DNA of 58,780 nt from Kiritimatiellia bacterium. Lineage in GTDB: Bacteria; Verrucomicrobiota; Kiritimatiellia; SLAD01. The notes under the pieces were generated by a model. That model searched no databases, was not told the origin of the DNA, and was given only the letters and a program-made list of their open reading frames with translations. The stretch covers positions 1 through 58,780 of the forward strand of contig SLCI01000094.1 in NCBI GenBank assembly GCA_007125875.1, read 5' to 3'. Of this stretch, positions 19,930-29,073 are shown piece after piece. Numbering within the stretch: the stretch's first letter is position 1; the number at the start of each line of letters is the position of its first letter. The position numbers and the translations under genes are program-made.

Positions 19930-21210
19930 TTACCAAAGAATCGGTTGCGGATAGGCCGTAGGAGCTGGATCTACATCAAGCAGCCGTGCGACGGTAGCAT
20001 GAAGTTGTAGCGCCTGAGTCGCTCCAAGGTCATGTCCTCCCAACGGCTCAGGATAACGCCAGAGCAAGAAGACGCCGTCCATCTCGGGATTATCTATGAC
20101 ATCGTAACCATGCATTCCGATATGGCCACCTGTCTCGGATCTCGGCGCAACTACGCCACGCGTTCCGCGATTAAATGTGTATCCCTTACGCAGTGAGAAC
20201 ACAACGTCGCCGACACGGGTGGGATGATTATATCCCCAGTGCTCGGGCATGTCGTCATGAGGATACACATCGACAAAGTCATGTTGGCGCGCTTCCTCAA
20301 CCACCGCATTAATGCGGGCTAAGCGTGTTGCTTCATCCATGGTGTTATGAATAAAGACATGCGCGATTGTTCCCGAAGTGAGCACGATCGCCTCATCGCC
20401 CCCTGAGTCTTCACGCGCGATGCCACTCAAATAGTAGGGGTTTACGGTGTACTCAACCTCGCTCATGCCATGATCCGAGGTCACCATAATGTATAGCTGG
20501 TCACCAGGCTGTTTGCGTTCATTGAATAGATTTATGGCGCGAGAAACCAGGTCGCCCATGATGCCATCTGCCTTTTCTACGCTTTCCTCGACTTCTCGGG
20601 AGTTTGGGCCTCTGGCATGTCCTACGGCGTCAGGTCCATCCATATACCCCATCAGCAGTTGAAGAGGCTGATCATGTGCATCAGCGGCCCACGTTTCGAC
20701 GACTTGTTCAACGCGTTCGCGATCAGTTTTCCAACCCGCATAGCTGCTTCCTTGATAGGCCGGTTTGACACCATCAAATGCGCCATATGAAATCACCCAG
20801 TCGAATACCGCCGTGCGTCTCCCCTGACGTTCAGTCGTCACCCATATGGGTTCAGCCTCGAGTAAATAACTTTGTCCGGGGAAGGAATAACTTCGTCCGG
20901 TGGCGCGATCATAAAAAGCATTCATCGGAATGCCGTGTTGGTCCACCGTTGCACCCGTCGCTTGTGAAACGTGATTTGGGAAAGTTAATGAAGGGAAAAC
21001 CGGTGCGAGTGCGAGTGAGTAAACGCCTTCGCGCATCATGCGATCAAAAAACGGTGTTTCAGATCGGCCAAAGTAATCGCCGCGTACCCCATCGATACTG
21101 ATCCAAACAACGACATTGCGCGGCGCATCATCAGCCGCAAAAGACATAGAATTGAGTGGCAGGAAGCCTGCCATCACGAATACGAATAGATATTTTTTGA
21201 TGTAATTCAT
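19930..21210 (-). CDS. Secreted nucleotide pyrophosphatase/phosphodiesterase (alkaline-phosphatase superfamily, NPP type)
   Basis: ISIDGVRGDY, TFPNHVSQATG, YMDGPDAVGH and TSDHGM motifs are present. The signal peptide begins at MNYIKKYLFVFVMAG (ATG 21210). The longer ORF opens at 21246. Confidence 0.85.
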   Translation of the reverse strand: MNYIKKYLFVFVMAGFLPLNSMSFAADDAPRNVVVWISIDGVRGDYFGRSETPFFDRMMREGVYSLALAPVFPSLTFPNHVSQATGATVDQHGIPMNAFYDRATGRSYSFPGQSYLLEAEPIWVTTERQGRRTAVFDWVISYGAFDGVKPAYQGSSYAGWKTDRERVEQVVETWAADAHDQPLQLLMGYMDGPDAVGHARGPNSREVEESVEKADGIMGDLVSRAINLFNERKQPGDQLYIMVTSDHGMSEVEYTVNPYYLSGIAREDSGGDEAIVLTSGTIAHVFIHNTMDEATRLARINAVVEEARQHDFVDVYPHDDMPEHWGYNHPTRVGDVVFSLRKGYTFNRGTRGVVAPRSETGGHIGMHGYDVIDNPEMDGVFLLWRYPEPLGGHDLGATQALQLHATVARLLDVDPAPTAYPQPILW

Positions 21211-21370
21211 AACCTTTAAGAATAACACAGTACCGGTATCGGTCAAGATCAGTACACCGCCAGTGATCGCTGTCTGTGATCATCGGACGGGATACGTGCT
21301 CAACAATCTTTCTCTTTGATGCCCATGCTGACCGCGTTATCCTCATAACCACATTGGTTGCGCTGATATT

Positions 21371-22303
21371 ATGAATGTATCTCAATTCGATCTCGATGAC
21401 CGCGTCCCATTCGAGCAAATCCCTGGCGGGCTCCATGTACGCGCTTTTGGTGTGGATTATGCGCGTCTCGCGGATAATCACGGCGGGCAACTTTATCTGA
21501 CTAAACATGGCTGGCCATGGCGAAAGTCATTAGATTCGAGCGTTTGGTTCGCGGACGGACGTTATCACCAGGAGGGGCAACGATTGCGCGGCGGCACAGG
21601 CACCGTGTACCGGTTGCAAGTATCCGGGCCTGGTGAGCCGCGAGTAGAACTAGTCGCGAAAGTCAGCCGATTTGCTGAACACGTGCCAATATTTATGCCC
21701 AGCACATTGCCGCCGAACCTGCCACCTAACTTGGTGGATGAAGCCGTTTTCAATAGCCCCTTTGAAGAATTCGGTCTGATTGAGGATATGCGTCGAAGCC
21801 GATTCGGTCCACCTGAGCTGCGTATTTTGACCAAACGTCCTTTAGCAATCTACTGCAGCCCTCGTCGCTATAAGCTGTGGCAACTGGGCCGAACAGAAGG
21901 GCGATTTCATGGTTATGACGTGGCACTGCAGGCTGACCAGGAAGATGTCGATGAGAAGGATCGCGTGAGCCTTAATATTGATCGCCAATACATCATGTTA
22001 TTTGGCTGGGTGAGGGGAGTAACTGCCGAGGAGTTGGCGATTTCAGGTGAACTCTCTCAAGAGGAGGTCAAGGCGCTCAGCGCGCGCGTAAATCAGGAAT
22101 TGTATCAGAAAGGCTTCCGCATCCTGGACAACAAACCAAAACACTTCATTTTGCGGCGAAGACCTGACGGTCGATTGGTTCGCCGTAATGGCAAGCTTTC
22201 GTATGTTCAAATCGATTTCGAATTGTTGCAACGGACGGAAGCGTATCGTCGCTATATCACGCGCTATGATCCATCAATTGTTCTGCATGAAGAATCTCGC
22301 TAG
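21371..22303 (+). CDS. Hypothetical protein with a possible WaaP/InaA (Kdo)-type kinase fold
   Basis: The ORF is 310 aa. GTGTVYRL...ELVAKVSRF looks like a Gly-loop plus Lys. GFRILDNKPKHFIL aligns by eye to G-x-x-HRDCYICHFLL of WaaP/InaA, with D and HF[IL]L retained. VQIDFELLQR looks like IDxxR. Confidence 0.4.
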   Translation: MNVSQFDLDDRVPFEQIPGGLHVRAFGVDYARLADNHGGQLYLTKHGWPWRKSLDSSVWFADGRYHQEGQRLRGGTGTVYRLQVSGPGEPRVELVAKVSRFAEHVPIFMPSTLPPNLPPNLVDEAVFNSPFEEFGLIEDMRRSRFGPPELRILTKRPLAIYCSPRRYKLWQLGRTEGRFHGYDVALQADQEDVDEKDRVSLNIDRQYIMLFGWVRGVTAEELAISGELSQEEVKALSARVNQELYQKGFRILDNKPKHFILRRRPDGRLVRRNGKLSYVQIDFELLQRTEAYRRYITRYDPSIVLHEESR

Positions 22304-22368
22304 ATTCGACTCGTATCAATCTCTGATCCTACTCGCAATCAGCGTCGTTTAAGGTAGAGTACGCCGCA

Positions 22369-23127
22369 ATGAAAAGATTTCTTCGTACCGCAATTTTTTG
22401 CACAAGCCTTTCTGCCGTTGTTTTGCTGAATACGGGTTGTGTATTTTGGCGCTTAAATCAGTTTAGGTCGCAGCTCTCCACTTTCAGTGAGAACTTCCGT
22501 ATTGAAGATCGCGATGTACCGACCATCGTGGCACTGAACCCAATGCTTAAGCCAGACGATCTGGGGTGGCTCAGCGGTTTGGCCGCCTCCGAAACCAAAA
22601 AACAGGAAGGCCGCACTACGGAATATTATCGCTACATCAAAACGCTCCACCCAGAGGATGTCGCGGAGCCCGGCGAGTACGACCTTTTGATCCCGCTGCA
22701 CTTCAACGCGGATGACCGTTTGATCGAAATTCAGGCGCCGGCGCGATTCGGCATTATCCTGACGGAACAGAACTTTAATGAAGTATTCGGGCCGATGATG
22801 GATGGGACGGTCGAGCGCGCTCGCCAATCAACCGGTTGGTTTTGGGAGCAACATCGAGTCAACATTCCGACGCGCACGGACATAGAATATTTCTTTGGAC
22901 ACCCAACCCGGATTGAGGAAAGCGAGGCTGGTCCCAAATATGTTTATGGATATTTACTGGAAGGGAATGACGAACGGTGGAATCCCACTGGTTTTGATGT
23001 TTATGCCGAGTTCTTGTTTGAGCCGGAGGAGGAACGTGTCATCTATTCCGAATCCTACAAAGGACGTTTAAACATTACAGTAGACTTACGGGAAGAGACC
23101 AAGCGGGTCGAGATTCGGCGACTTTAA
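22369..23127 (+). CDS. Lipoprotein of unknown function
   Basis: A signal peptide with lipobox LLNTGC is present. The ORF is 252 aa and I recognise no motif. Confidence 0.6.
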   Translation: MKRFLRTAIFCTSLSAVVLLNTGCVFWRLNQFRSQLSTFSENFRIEDRDVPTIVALNPMLKPDDLGWLSGLAASETKKQEGRTTEYYRYIKTLHPEDVAEPGEYDLLIPLHFNADDRLIEIQAPARFGIILTEQNFNEVFGPMMDGTVERARQSTGWFWEQHRVNIPTRTDIEYFFGHPTRIEESEAGPKYVYGYLLEGNDERWNPTGFDVYAEFLFEPEEERVIYSESYKGRLNITVDLREETKRVEIRRL

Positions 23128-23241
23128 GGTGACCGCGTACTAAGGGATGAACGATAAGATGCATCACGCGCGCTTGTTTTTATGTTTCTACTGAGCTAGT
23201 TTCGCCATACTATGTTCGAGTATTTCTGTTAGGAGAAAATT

Positions 23242-23763
23242 ATGAAGAGCGAGCTACATAAAATTCTTGGGCTGGGCACACTCATTGCCCTCACTGCGTT
23301 GGTGAGCGGCTGCGGTCGAGAAACGATGCCCGAGCCAGTGACGACCGTTGCACCACCCGAAGGTTCCCTAATTACCGCTGACGGCACAGTCGTTGACGCG
23401 GACTCGGTTACTGCCGATCGGGTCGGACTGTATTTCTCGGCGATCTGGTGTCCTCCCTGTCGTGATTTCACGCCTTTGTTAGTCGATGCCTATAATGAGC
23501 TAAATGCAGGCGAGAAGGCGTTTGAGGTTATTTTTGTATCTGCTGATCGAGATCATGAAGCCATGACGCGCTACATGGTCGAATATGAAATGCCTTGGCT
23601 AGCCGTTCCATTTGCGGACGAGGCCCGCACGACCTTACCGCGCGATCATCAAGTACGAGGTATTCCACGTCTGGTTATCTTGGACGGGGAAGGCAACGTG
23701 GTGGTCGAGAACGCCGTATCGCAGGTTCGTAGCAGCGGTGCTGCTGCCTTTGCGAATTGGTGA
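23242..23763 (+). CDS. Thioredoxin-fold lipoprotein (TlpA/nucleoredoxin-like)
   Basis: It has lipobox LVSGC, the active site LYFSAIWCPPCRDFTP and a later GIPRLVILD cis-Pro loop. A GGAG RBS is present. Confidence 0.85.
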   Translation: MKSELHKILGLGTLIALTALVSGCGRETMPEPVTTVAPPEGSLITADGTVVDADSVTADRVGLYFSAIWCPPCRDFTPLLVDAYNELNAGEKAFEVIFVSADRDHEAMTRYMVEYEMPWLAVPFADEARTTLPRDHQVRGIPRLVILDGEGNVVVENAVSQVRSSGAAAFANW

Positions 23764-23830
23764 AAAGCGCTAAAGCTCGTCTCGTTAAAACTGGGACAAA
23801 GGGAACAGCAGAAGTATCACGCTGTTTTGA

Positions 23831-24151
23831 CTACAGTGATACCGATCGCTTTTCACCAACAGCATCGACGTGATAGATCCACTTAGGATGCAATTGGAAG
23901 CGGCTTTCATCGATCGCTTCGAGTTTGCCTGTGATAAGGAGTTCCTCACCGGGTGCAGGATGGTCTTCGAGATTCAGCGTGACAGTGGACTGGATCAGCA
24001 GGCGTGATCCAGAATCATCGGTTTTTTCCAGTTGCACTGTGATGCCCACCTCCTCGTCCGAAGTAAAGGCAACCCGCTGGCTGAGGACATGCCGTGCGCA
24101 GCCTCCCGATTGAGGCGCGAGCACGGCGTGACCTTTGGGAGGTAGTTTCAT
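23831..24151 (-). CDS. Hypothetical 106-aa protein, translationally coupled to the upstream EEP gene
   Basis: The ATG overlaps the EEP stop by 1 nt (TAATG at 24149-24153). I recognise no motif. Confidence 0.45.
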   Translation of the reverse strand: MKLPPKGHAVLAPQSGGCARHVLSQRVAFTSDEEVGITVQLEKTDDSGSRLLIQSTVTLNLEDHPAPGEELLITGKLEAIDESRFQLHPKWIYHVDAVGEKRSVSL

Positions 24152-25068
24152 TACTCAAGTTCCAGCTTCAACAGCACGGGGCGGTGATCGCTTAGCTCGG
24201 AAGCAGGCTTGTAAAGCACGTCCGCGGTCGCGAGCGGTAGATCACGGGTAAGAATGTGATCAAAGCAGGCATCCGGGAAAGGACCCGATGCTGGCCAAGT
24301 GACGCGATCTTCAAACGGCACGTCGGCCCAACTCCAGTCAAACCCCTCATTCAGAAAGATGTTGAGCGTGTCTTCGTGTGCCATGTACTCGCGTTCCAGC
24401 AATAAATTAAAATCGCCACCAATAATAATGCCAGTCGGTCCCTCATCTGCGTATAGCGCGACCATTTCATCGATATGCTCGAGAATCTGGCGAGCTGATT
24501 CTTCCCGTGTCGCAATGTTGTACTCGGCATCGCCGCGATTACTCTTCAGGTGTACGCCGTAAACCAGCCACACGCCGCCACGCGGCGCTTCGAGCGCGGT
24601 GAAGGCAAATCCACGGTAGGGTTCTGTTTGGGGATCGTGATAGATGTCGGTAAAGACTTCGGCATGGGCCGCTATGGCAGGAAAGCGGCTGGCAATCACG
24701 ATTTGCTGTGAAATATGTGCTTGCGGCCTTTGAAAATCGGTAACCACATGCAGCTCCAGACCGTCAACGGAATCAATGAGAAACTGGGCCGCTTCATCAT
24801 CACGAATTTCTTGTAGCAGTAGAATGTCAGGCTGTAAGCCTGGCAGATACTCGCGCACCTCCGCCCGATGAGCGAGTTGGGCATTTTCGGACGCGCCGGG
24901 CGAGCGACCGGGAAACCATTGAATATTCCAAGTCACGACTCGTACAGTTTCGGAGATCGACGATTCCTCCTGTTCGCCATATACGTAGTTAAAGGGAAGC
25001 AGGAAGAGCAGGGCGATAAGTAAGGCGCCAAGGCCGACAGTGCGATTTGACAACGGGGTAGGGGGCAT
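24151..25068 (-). CDS. Endonuclease/exonuclease/phosphatase (EEP) family protein, exported or membrane-anchored
   Basis: VVTWNIQWF, LLLQEI, VHLKSN, GGDFN and SDHRPV motifs are present. The N-terminal TM/signal segment is LGALLIALLFLLPF. I prefer the start at MPPTPL (25068); the ORF opens at 25137. Confidence 0.85.
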   Translation of the reverse strand: MPPTPLSNRTVGLGALLIALLFLLPFNYVYGEQEESSISETVRVVTWNIQWFPGRSPGASENAQLAHRAEVREYLPGLQPDILLLQEIRDDEAAQFLIDSVDGLELHVVTDFQRPQAHISQQIVIASRFPAIAAHAEVFTDIYHDPQTEPYRGFAFTALEAPRGGVWLVYGVHLKSNRGDAEYNIATREESARQILEHIDEMVALYADEGPTGIIIGGDFNLLLEREYMAHEDTLNIFLNEGFDWSWADVPFEDRVTWPASGPFPDACFDHILTRDLPLATADVLYKPASELSDHRPVLLKLELE

Positions 25069-25178
25069 AATGATCTCGTTTCTGGGGGTGCGGTGTATTT
25101 CGGGAGCCACCTGCATCGAACACACCAAGCTTACCACTTGAATTTCTATCTAACTCAACTAGGCTCCATCCTCATAGT

Positions 25179-26282
25179 ATGCACATTGCCTTTCTCATGC
25201 AAGACACCGGCACGATTTATGGTGCCGAGCGCGCGACACTGGACCTCGTTGACGGGTTATTGGCGAGGAATGTCAGTGTTACGGTTATCCTGATCCACGA
25301 AACCCGCCTGAATCTAAAGACCAGTGCGTTCCGTTGCGCGTGGGAAAAACGGGCTGTTGACCTCGAAGTGGTGGAGGTTGGGCACGCGTTCTCGCGCAAC
25401 CTGATGCAGCGTGTGCGCGCGATTAGTCAAACCCAGCGGATTTCATTGTTGCATACGATCGGCTACAAGGCGGACCTGCATGGCGGCTTTGCGACGAAAT
25501 GGGGGAAGCTGGTTCCGATTGTCAGTACCGTGCATGGCTGGCTTTTCCGGCCGGATCCTAAAGAAAAATTTTATCATTACCTAAATTGCTGGGCGCTCAG
25601 ACGCATGACGCGCGTGGTCGTCCTGTCGCGCTACTACGAAAAGTATGTTCGCTCAAAAGGAATATCCGGTGAGCGGCTCGTGCGCATTCCGTCAGGTTAT
25701 CCGAGTCGAGGAACCCATGAATCCACCGGTGCTGCGCCGGACCGTCCTGTGGTGCTCGGTTTACTGGGCCGCTTGAGCTGGGAAAAAAATCAGCGTTGGT
25801 TTTTGGACGTACTCGTGGATATTCGTGAACAATGTCAACAGCCGATAAAGGTCATTTTGGCTGGCACTGGTCCGGAGCGTGAATTGTTGGAACGCATAGT
25901 CGATGAGCGGGGCTGGCGTGACTGGGTGGAATTCCCGGGGTTTATGGAGCAACACGCCTTTTTCGATCAGATTGATGTGCTGGTCTCCTGTTCCGTGATC
26001 GAGAACTTGCCTTACGCCATTTTGGAGGCGATGTCTGCAGCGAAGCCGGTTGTGGCGACGGCCGTTGGCGGTGTTCCAGATCTGATTGATGATGGTCAAA
26101 CGGGCTATTTGGTTGCCTCCGATGATCGTGTCGTGATGGCTGGCCGTTTAGTTCGATTGATTGTTGATTCAGCGCATCGTGCGGAATTGGGGCGAGCGGC
26201 ACGGGAAAAGTTAGCCCGCGAATTTGCGCCTGATTTGCAAGTGCAGCGGCATATCGAACTCTATCAAGCGTGTCTAACATGA
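25179..26282 (+). CDS. Glycosyltransferase family 4 (GT-B fold, RfaB-like)
   Basis: The N-terminus is MHIAFLMQDTG.IYGAER. The C-terminal segment E.LPYAILEAMSAAKPVVATAVGGVPDLIDDGQTGYLV carries an E-x7-E-type motif. Confidence 0.85.
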   Translation: MHIAFLMQDTGTIYGAERATLDLVDGLLARNVSVTVILIHETRLNLKTSAFRCAWEKRAVDLEVVEVGHAFSRNLMQRVRAISQTQRISLLHTIGYKADLHGGFATKWGKLVPIVSTVHGWLFRPDPKEKFYHYLNCWALRRMTRVVVLSRYYEKYVRSKGISGERLVRIPSGYPSRGTHESTGAAPDRPVVLGLLGRLSWEKNQRWFLDVLVDIREQCQQPIKVILAGTGPERELLERIVDERGWRDWVEFPGFMEQHAFFDQIDVLVSCSVIENLPYAILEAMSAAKPVVATAVGGVPDLIDDGQTGYLVASDDRVVMAGRLVRLIVDSAHRAELGRAAREKLAREFAPDLQVQRHIELYQACLT

Positions 26283-26863
26283 GAATCACGGGCGGAGTAT
26301 TAGGTGGACGACGACTCGTTGTGCCCAAATCGGGTGTAAGACCGACACAGGATCGTGTGCGCGAGGCCTGTTTTTCTTCATTGGGGCCTATCATTGTCGA
26401 TGCGCGGGTGCTGGATCTTTTTGCTGGCTCGGGCGCGAATGGCATTGAAGCGTGGAGCAGAGGGGCGGGAGAAGTCGTATGGGTCGAGTCCCATCCAAGC
26501 ACGTATGAGGTGATGAAATCCAATGTACAGTCACTTTGCGGTACTGAGAGCGCAGGCGCGTGTCGACGGGGTGATGTGTTCACCTTATTGAAGCAGGACG
26601 ACGGAGGACGTGTATTTGGTGCGCCGTTTGACTTCATTCTTGCGGATCCACCTTATGAACGGCATAGTCCCACGTCAGATGCCGAGCGCTTTTTGACCTT
26701 ATTGGCATCGACGAATTGGTTAAAAGAGGACGGTCTTTTGGTCTTTGAGCAGCGCGCCACGAATCCGATCATCAGCCATCCAGCGTGGGGTGTAGTACGA
26801 GAAAAGAAATACGGTGAAGCGCGTTTGATTTATTACAAACGCGCGCCGACAGGTGAGGAGTAA
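26279..26863 (+). CDS. rsmD: 16S rRNA (guanine966-N2)-methyltransferase
   Basis: MRITGGVLGGRRL.VP...RPTQDRVREA.F, LDLFAGSGA.G.EA and ADPPY motifs are present. The ATG overlaps the GT4 stop (ATGA). Confidence 0.9.
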   Translation: MRITGGVLGGRRLVVPKSGVRPTQDRVREACFSSLGPIIVDARVLDLFAGSGANGIEAWSRGAGEVVWVESHPSTYEVMKSNVQSLCGTESAGACRRGDVFTLLKQDDGGRVFGAPFDFILADPPYERHSPTSDAERFLTLLASTNWLKEDGLLVFEQRATNPIISHPAWGVVREKKYGEARLIYYKRAPTGEE

Positions 26864-26867
26864 TCCC

Positions 26868-27350
26868 ATGAACGCAGCCATTTATCCCGGGACATTTGAT
26901 CCATTGACCTTTGGTCATCTAGATGTGATTGAGCGTGCGGCCCGCATTTTTGATCGTTTGGTGGTGGCGGTTGGGATCAACGCCTCGAAAAAGCCGCTCT
27001 TTTCAATAGAGGAACGCATGGACTTGGTCCGTCAAGTCACAGCGCATATTCCAAATGTCGATGTCGATTCGTTTGAGGGCTTACTGGTTGAATATTGTCG
27101 GCGCAAAGAGATCCATGCACTGATCCGCGGATTACGCGCGTTTTCTGATTTCGAGTATGAGTTTCAGATGGCCTTAACCAATCGTAAACTGGCGCCCGAA
27201 ATTGAAACTATTTTTTTGATGCCCAAAGAAACCCATAGCTATTTGAGTTCCAGCATGGTGCGTGGAATAGCGGCGATGGGGGGGAACATCGATGACTTTG
27301 TCCCTGTCCAAGTCCGCGATGCCTTGGCCAAGACCGTAAAGCCACGATAA
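26868..27350 (+). CDS. coaD: Phosphopantetheine adenylyltransferase
   Basis: The N-terminus is MNAAIYPGTFDPLTFGHLDVIERA, and YLSSSMVR appears later. A GGTGAGGAG RBS is present. Confidence 0.95.
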   Translation: MNAAIYPGTFDPLTFGHLDVIERAARIFDRLVVAVGINASKKPLFSIEERMDLVRQVTAHIPNVDVDSFEGLLVEYCRRKEIHALIRGLRAFSDFEYEFQMALTNRKLAPEIETIFLMPKETHSYLSSSMVRGIAAMGGNIDDFVPVQVRDALAKTVKPR

Positions 27351-27355
27351 CACCG

Positions 27356-27817
27356 ATGATTATTCATATTCCAAAGATTTCGCCTGATGGCAGTCAGTAT
27401 AGCGGTAAGCACCCGCCAGAAATGCTGGACTTAAATGAGGATCGCTTTATGCGGGCGCAATCGCCCGTGATCTATGATTTTAAGGTTCAAATTGTCTCAG
27501 ATCAGGTCATTGTGCAAGGGACGTTGGAGACCTCGCTCGAGCTATTGTGCGTTGCGTGTGCAGATTTTTTCTCGACATCGATCACGGTTTCCTCTTTTCT
27601 ACGCGCTTACACCCTCCAGTCTGGACTGGAAACCATCGATATCACCGATGAAATTCGTGAGGAAATTCTCTTGGCGGTACCATACTATCCGCGGGGTGAG
27701 TTGGATGAGAATGAGGTGTGCAAACAGTGTGGAAAGACTAAGGATGAGATTGCCGTGAAGCCCGAGCCGGAAGAAAAGCCGGCGGTCTGGGACAAGCTGG
27801 ACAATCTTGAGTTATGA
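27356..27817 (+). CDS. yceD: YceD/DUF177 family protein (large-subunit rRNA accumulation)
   Basis: It occupies the position immediately upstream of rpmF, is acidic, and has CVAC...CKQCG cysteine pairs. Confidence 0.8.
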   Translation: MIIHIPKISPDGSQYSGKHPPEMLDLNEDRFMRAQSPVIYDFKVQIVSDQVIVQGTLETSLELLCVACADFFSTSITVSSFLRAYTLQSGLETIDITDEIREEILLAVPYYPRGELDENEVCKQCGKTKDEIAVKPEPEEKPAVWDKLDNLEL

Positions 27818-27859
27818 GCAAATAGTGCGCAAAGCGGTGCACTTTGCAGGAGCAGACTA

Positions 27860-28045
27860 ATGGCAGTACCAAAGAGAAAAACGTCGAAGAGCAAGATCCG
27901 GATGCGAGCCCGTTCGCATCGCCGTCCATTTGTGGCCACAACCACTTGTCCTCAGTGTGGTGCCCCCGCCCAACCGCATCGAGTATGTGGAGCGTGTGGC
28001 ACGTACCGTGGACGCCAAGTATTGACCGTCTCGGTTGACGAGTAG
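27860..28045 (+). CDS. rpmF: 50S ribosomal protein L32 (Cys4 zinc-binding form)
   Basis: The sequence is MAVPKRKTSKSK...CPQCG...CGACG. Confidence 0.95.
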   Translation: MAVPKRKTSKSKIRMRARSHRRPFVATTTCPQCGAPAQPHRVCGACGTYRGRQVLTVSVDE

Positions 28046-28065
28046 TCACTCAACTCCCCTTTATC

Positions 28066-29073
28066 ATGCGCATAGCGGTCGACGCCATGGGGGGCGATTT
28101 TGCGCCCACGGAAATCGTAAAGGGCAGCGTTAGCGCTGCCCAACGTTATCCGCATATAGAGCAAATCTTCTTGGTCGGCGATCAAGCGATCATCGAGCAA
28201 GAGCTGTCGACTTTAGGTGAGCGCCCCAGCTCGATTTCGATTCATCATGCGTCTGAAGTCGTAGAGATGGGCGAGGCACCTGCTGCAGCCATTCGCAAGA
28301 AGAAAGACTCCTCGATTGCCCGCGCGGTCGAACTGGTGAAGTCCGGTGAGGCCGACGCTGTATTTTCTGCGGGTAGCACCGGTGCCGCCGTGGCCGCCGC
28401 CCAACTCAAGCTGAGAACGTTGCCGGGTGTTGATCGTCCCGCCATCGCTATTGTGATCCCATCCATGACGGGGCCTTCCGTTTTGCTGGATGCAGGTGCC
28501 AACACTGACTGCGCACCAGAATGGTTGTGCCAGTTTGCTGTGATGGGGTTGACCTACTCTAAATATATATTGGGTAAAGAGAATCCTACCGTTGGCCTGC
28601 TTAACATTGGCGGCGAGGATACGAAGGGCAATGAATCGACCAAAGAAGCATTTCGAATGCTGGGCCAGTCGAACCTCAACTTTAAAGGAAACGTCGAAAG
28701 CCAAGATCTTTTCGATGGAAACGTTGATGTTGTCGTCACCGATGGCTTTGTCGGCAACGTCGTGTTGAAAACATCCGAAAGTGTTGCACGCTCAATCGGC
28801 CGCTGGCTCAAAGAAGAACTAACGCGTAATCCGTTGCGCATGGCGGGTGCACTGTTGCTCAAGCGCGGTATTGACAGTATTAAGGAGCGCTCGGATCCCG
28901 AAAATCATGGCGGCGCCCCGTTACTCGGGGTAAATGGGGCCTGTGTGATTGGTCACGGTTCATCTTCTGCTGTTGCCGTTTGCAATGCGTTGCGTGTTTC
29001 GTATGAGTGGGTAGAGAAGAATATTAACGATCAGATCGCCGACCAGGTGAAACAATTCGGGACAACATCATGA
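28066..29073 (+). CDS. plsX: Phosphate acyltransferase PlsX
   Basis: MRIAVDAMGGDFAP, SAGSTGA and GLLNIGGE motifs are present. It lies in the canonical rpmF-plsX-fabH context. Confidence 0.95.
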   Translation: MRIAVDAMGGDFAPTEIVKGSVSAAQRYPHIEQIFLVGDQAIIEQELSTLGERPSSISIHHASEVVEMGEAPAAAIRKKKDSSIARAVELVKSGEADAVFSAGSTGAAVAAAQLKLRTLPGVDRPAIAIVIPSMTGPSVLLDAGANTDCAPEWLCQFAVMGLTYSKYILGKENPTVGLLNIGGEDTKGNESTKEAFRMLGQSNLNFKGNVESQDLFDGNVDVVVTDGFVGNVVLKTSESVARSIGRWLKEELTRNPLRMAGALLLKRGIDSIKERSDPENHGGAPLLGVNGACVIGHGSSSAVAVCNALRVSYEWVEKNINDQIADQVKQFGTTS

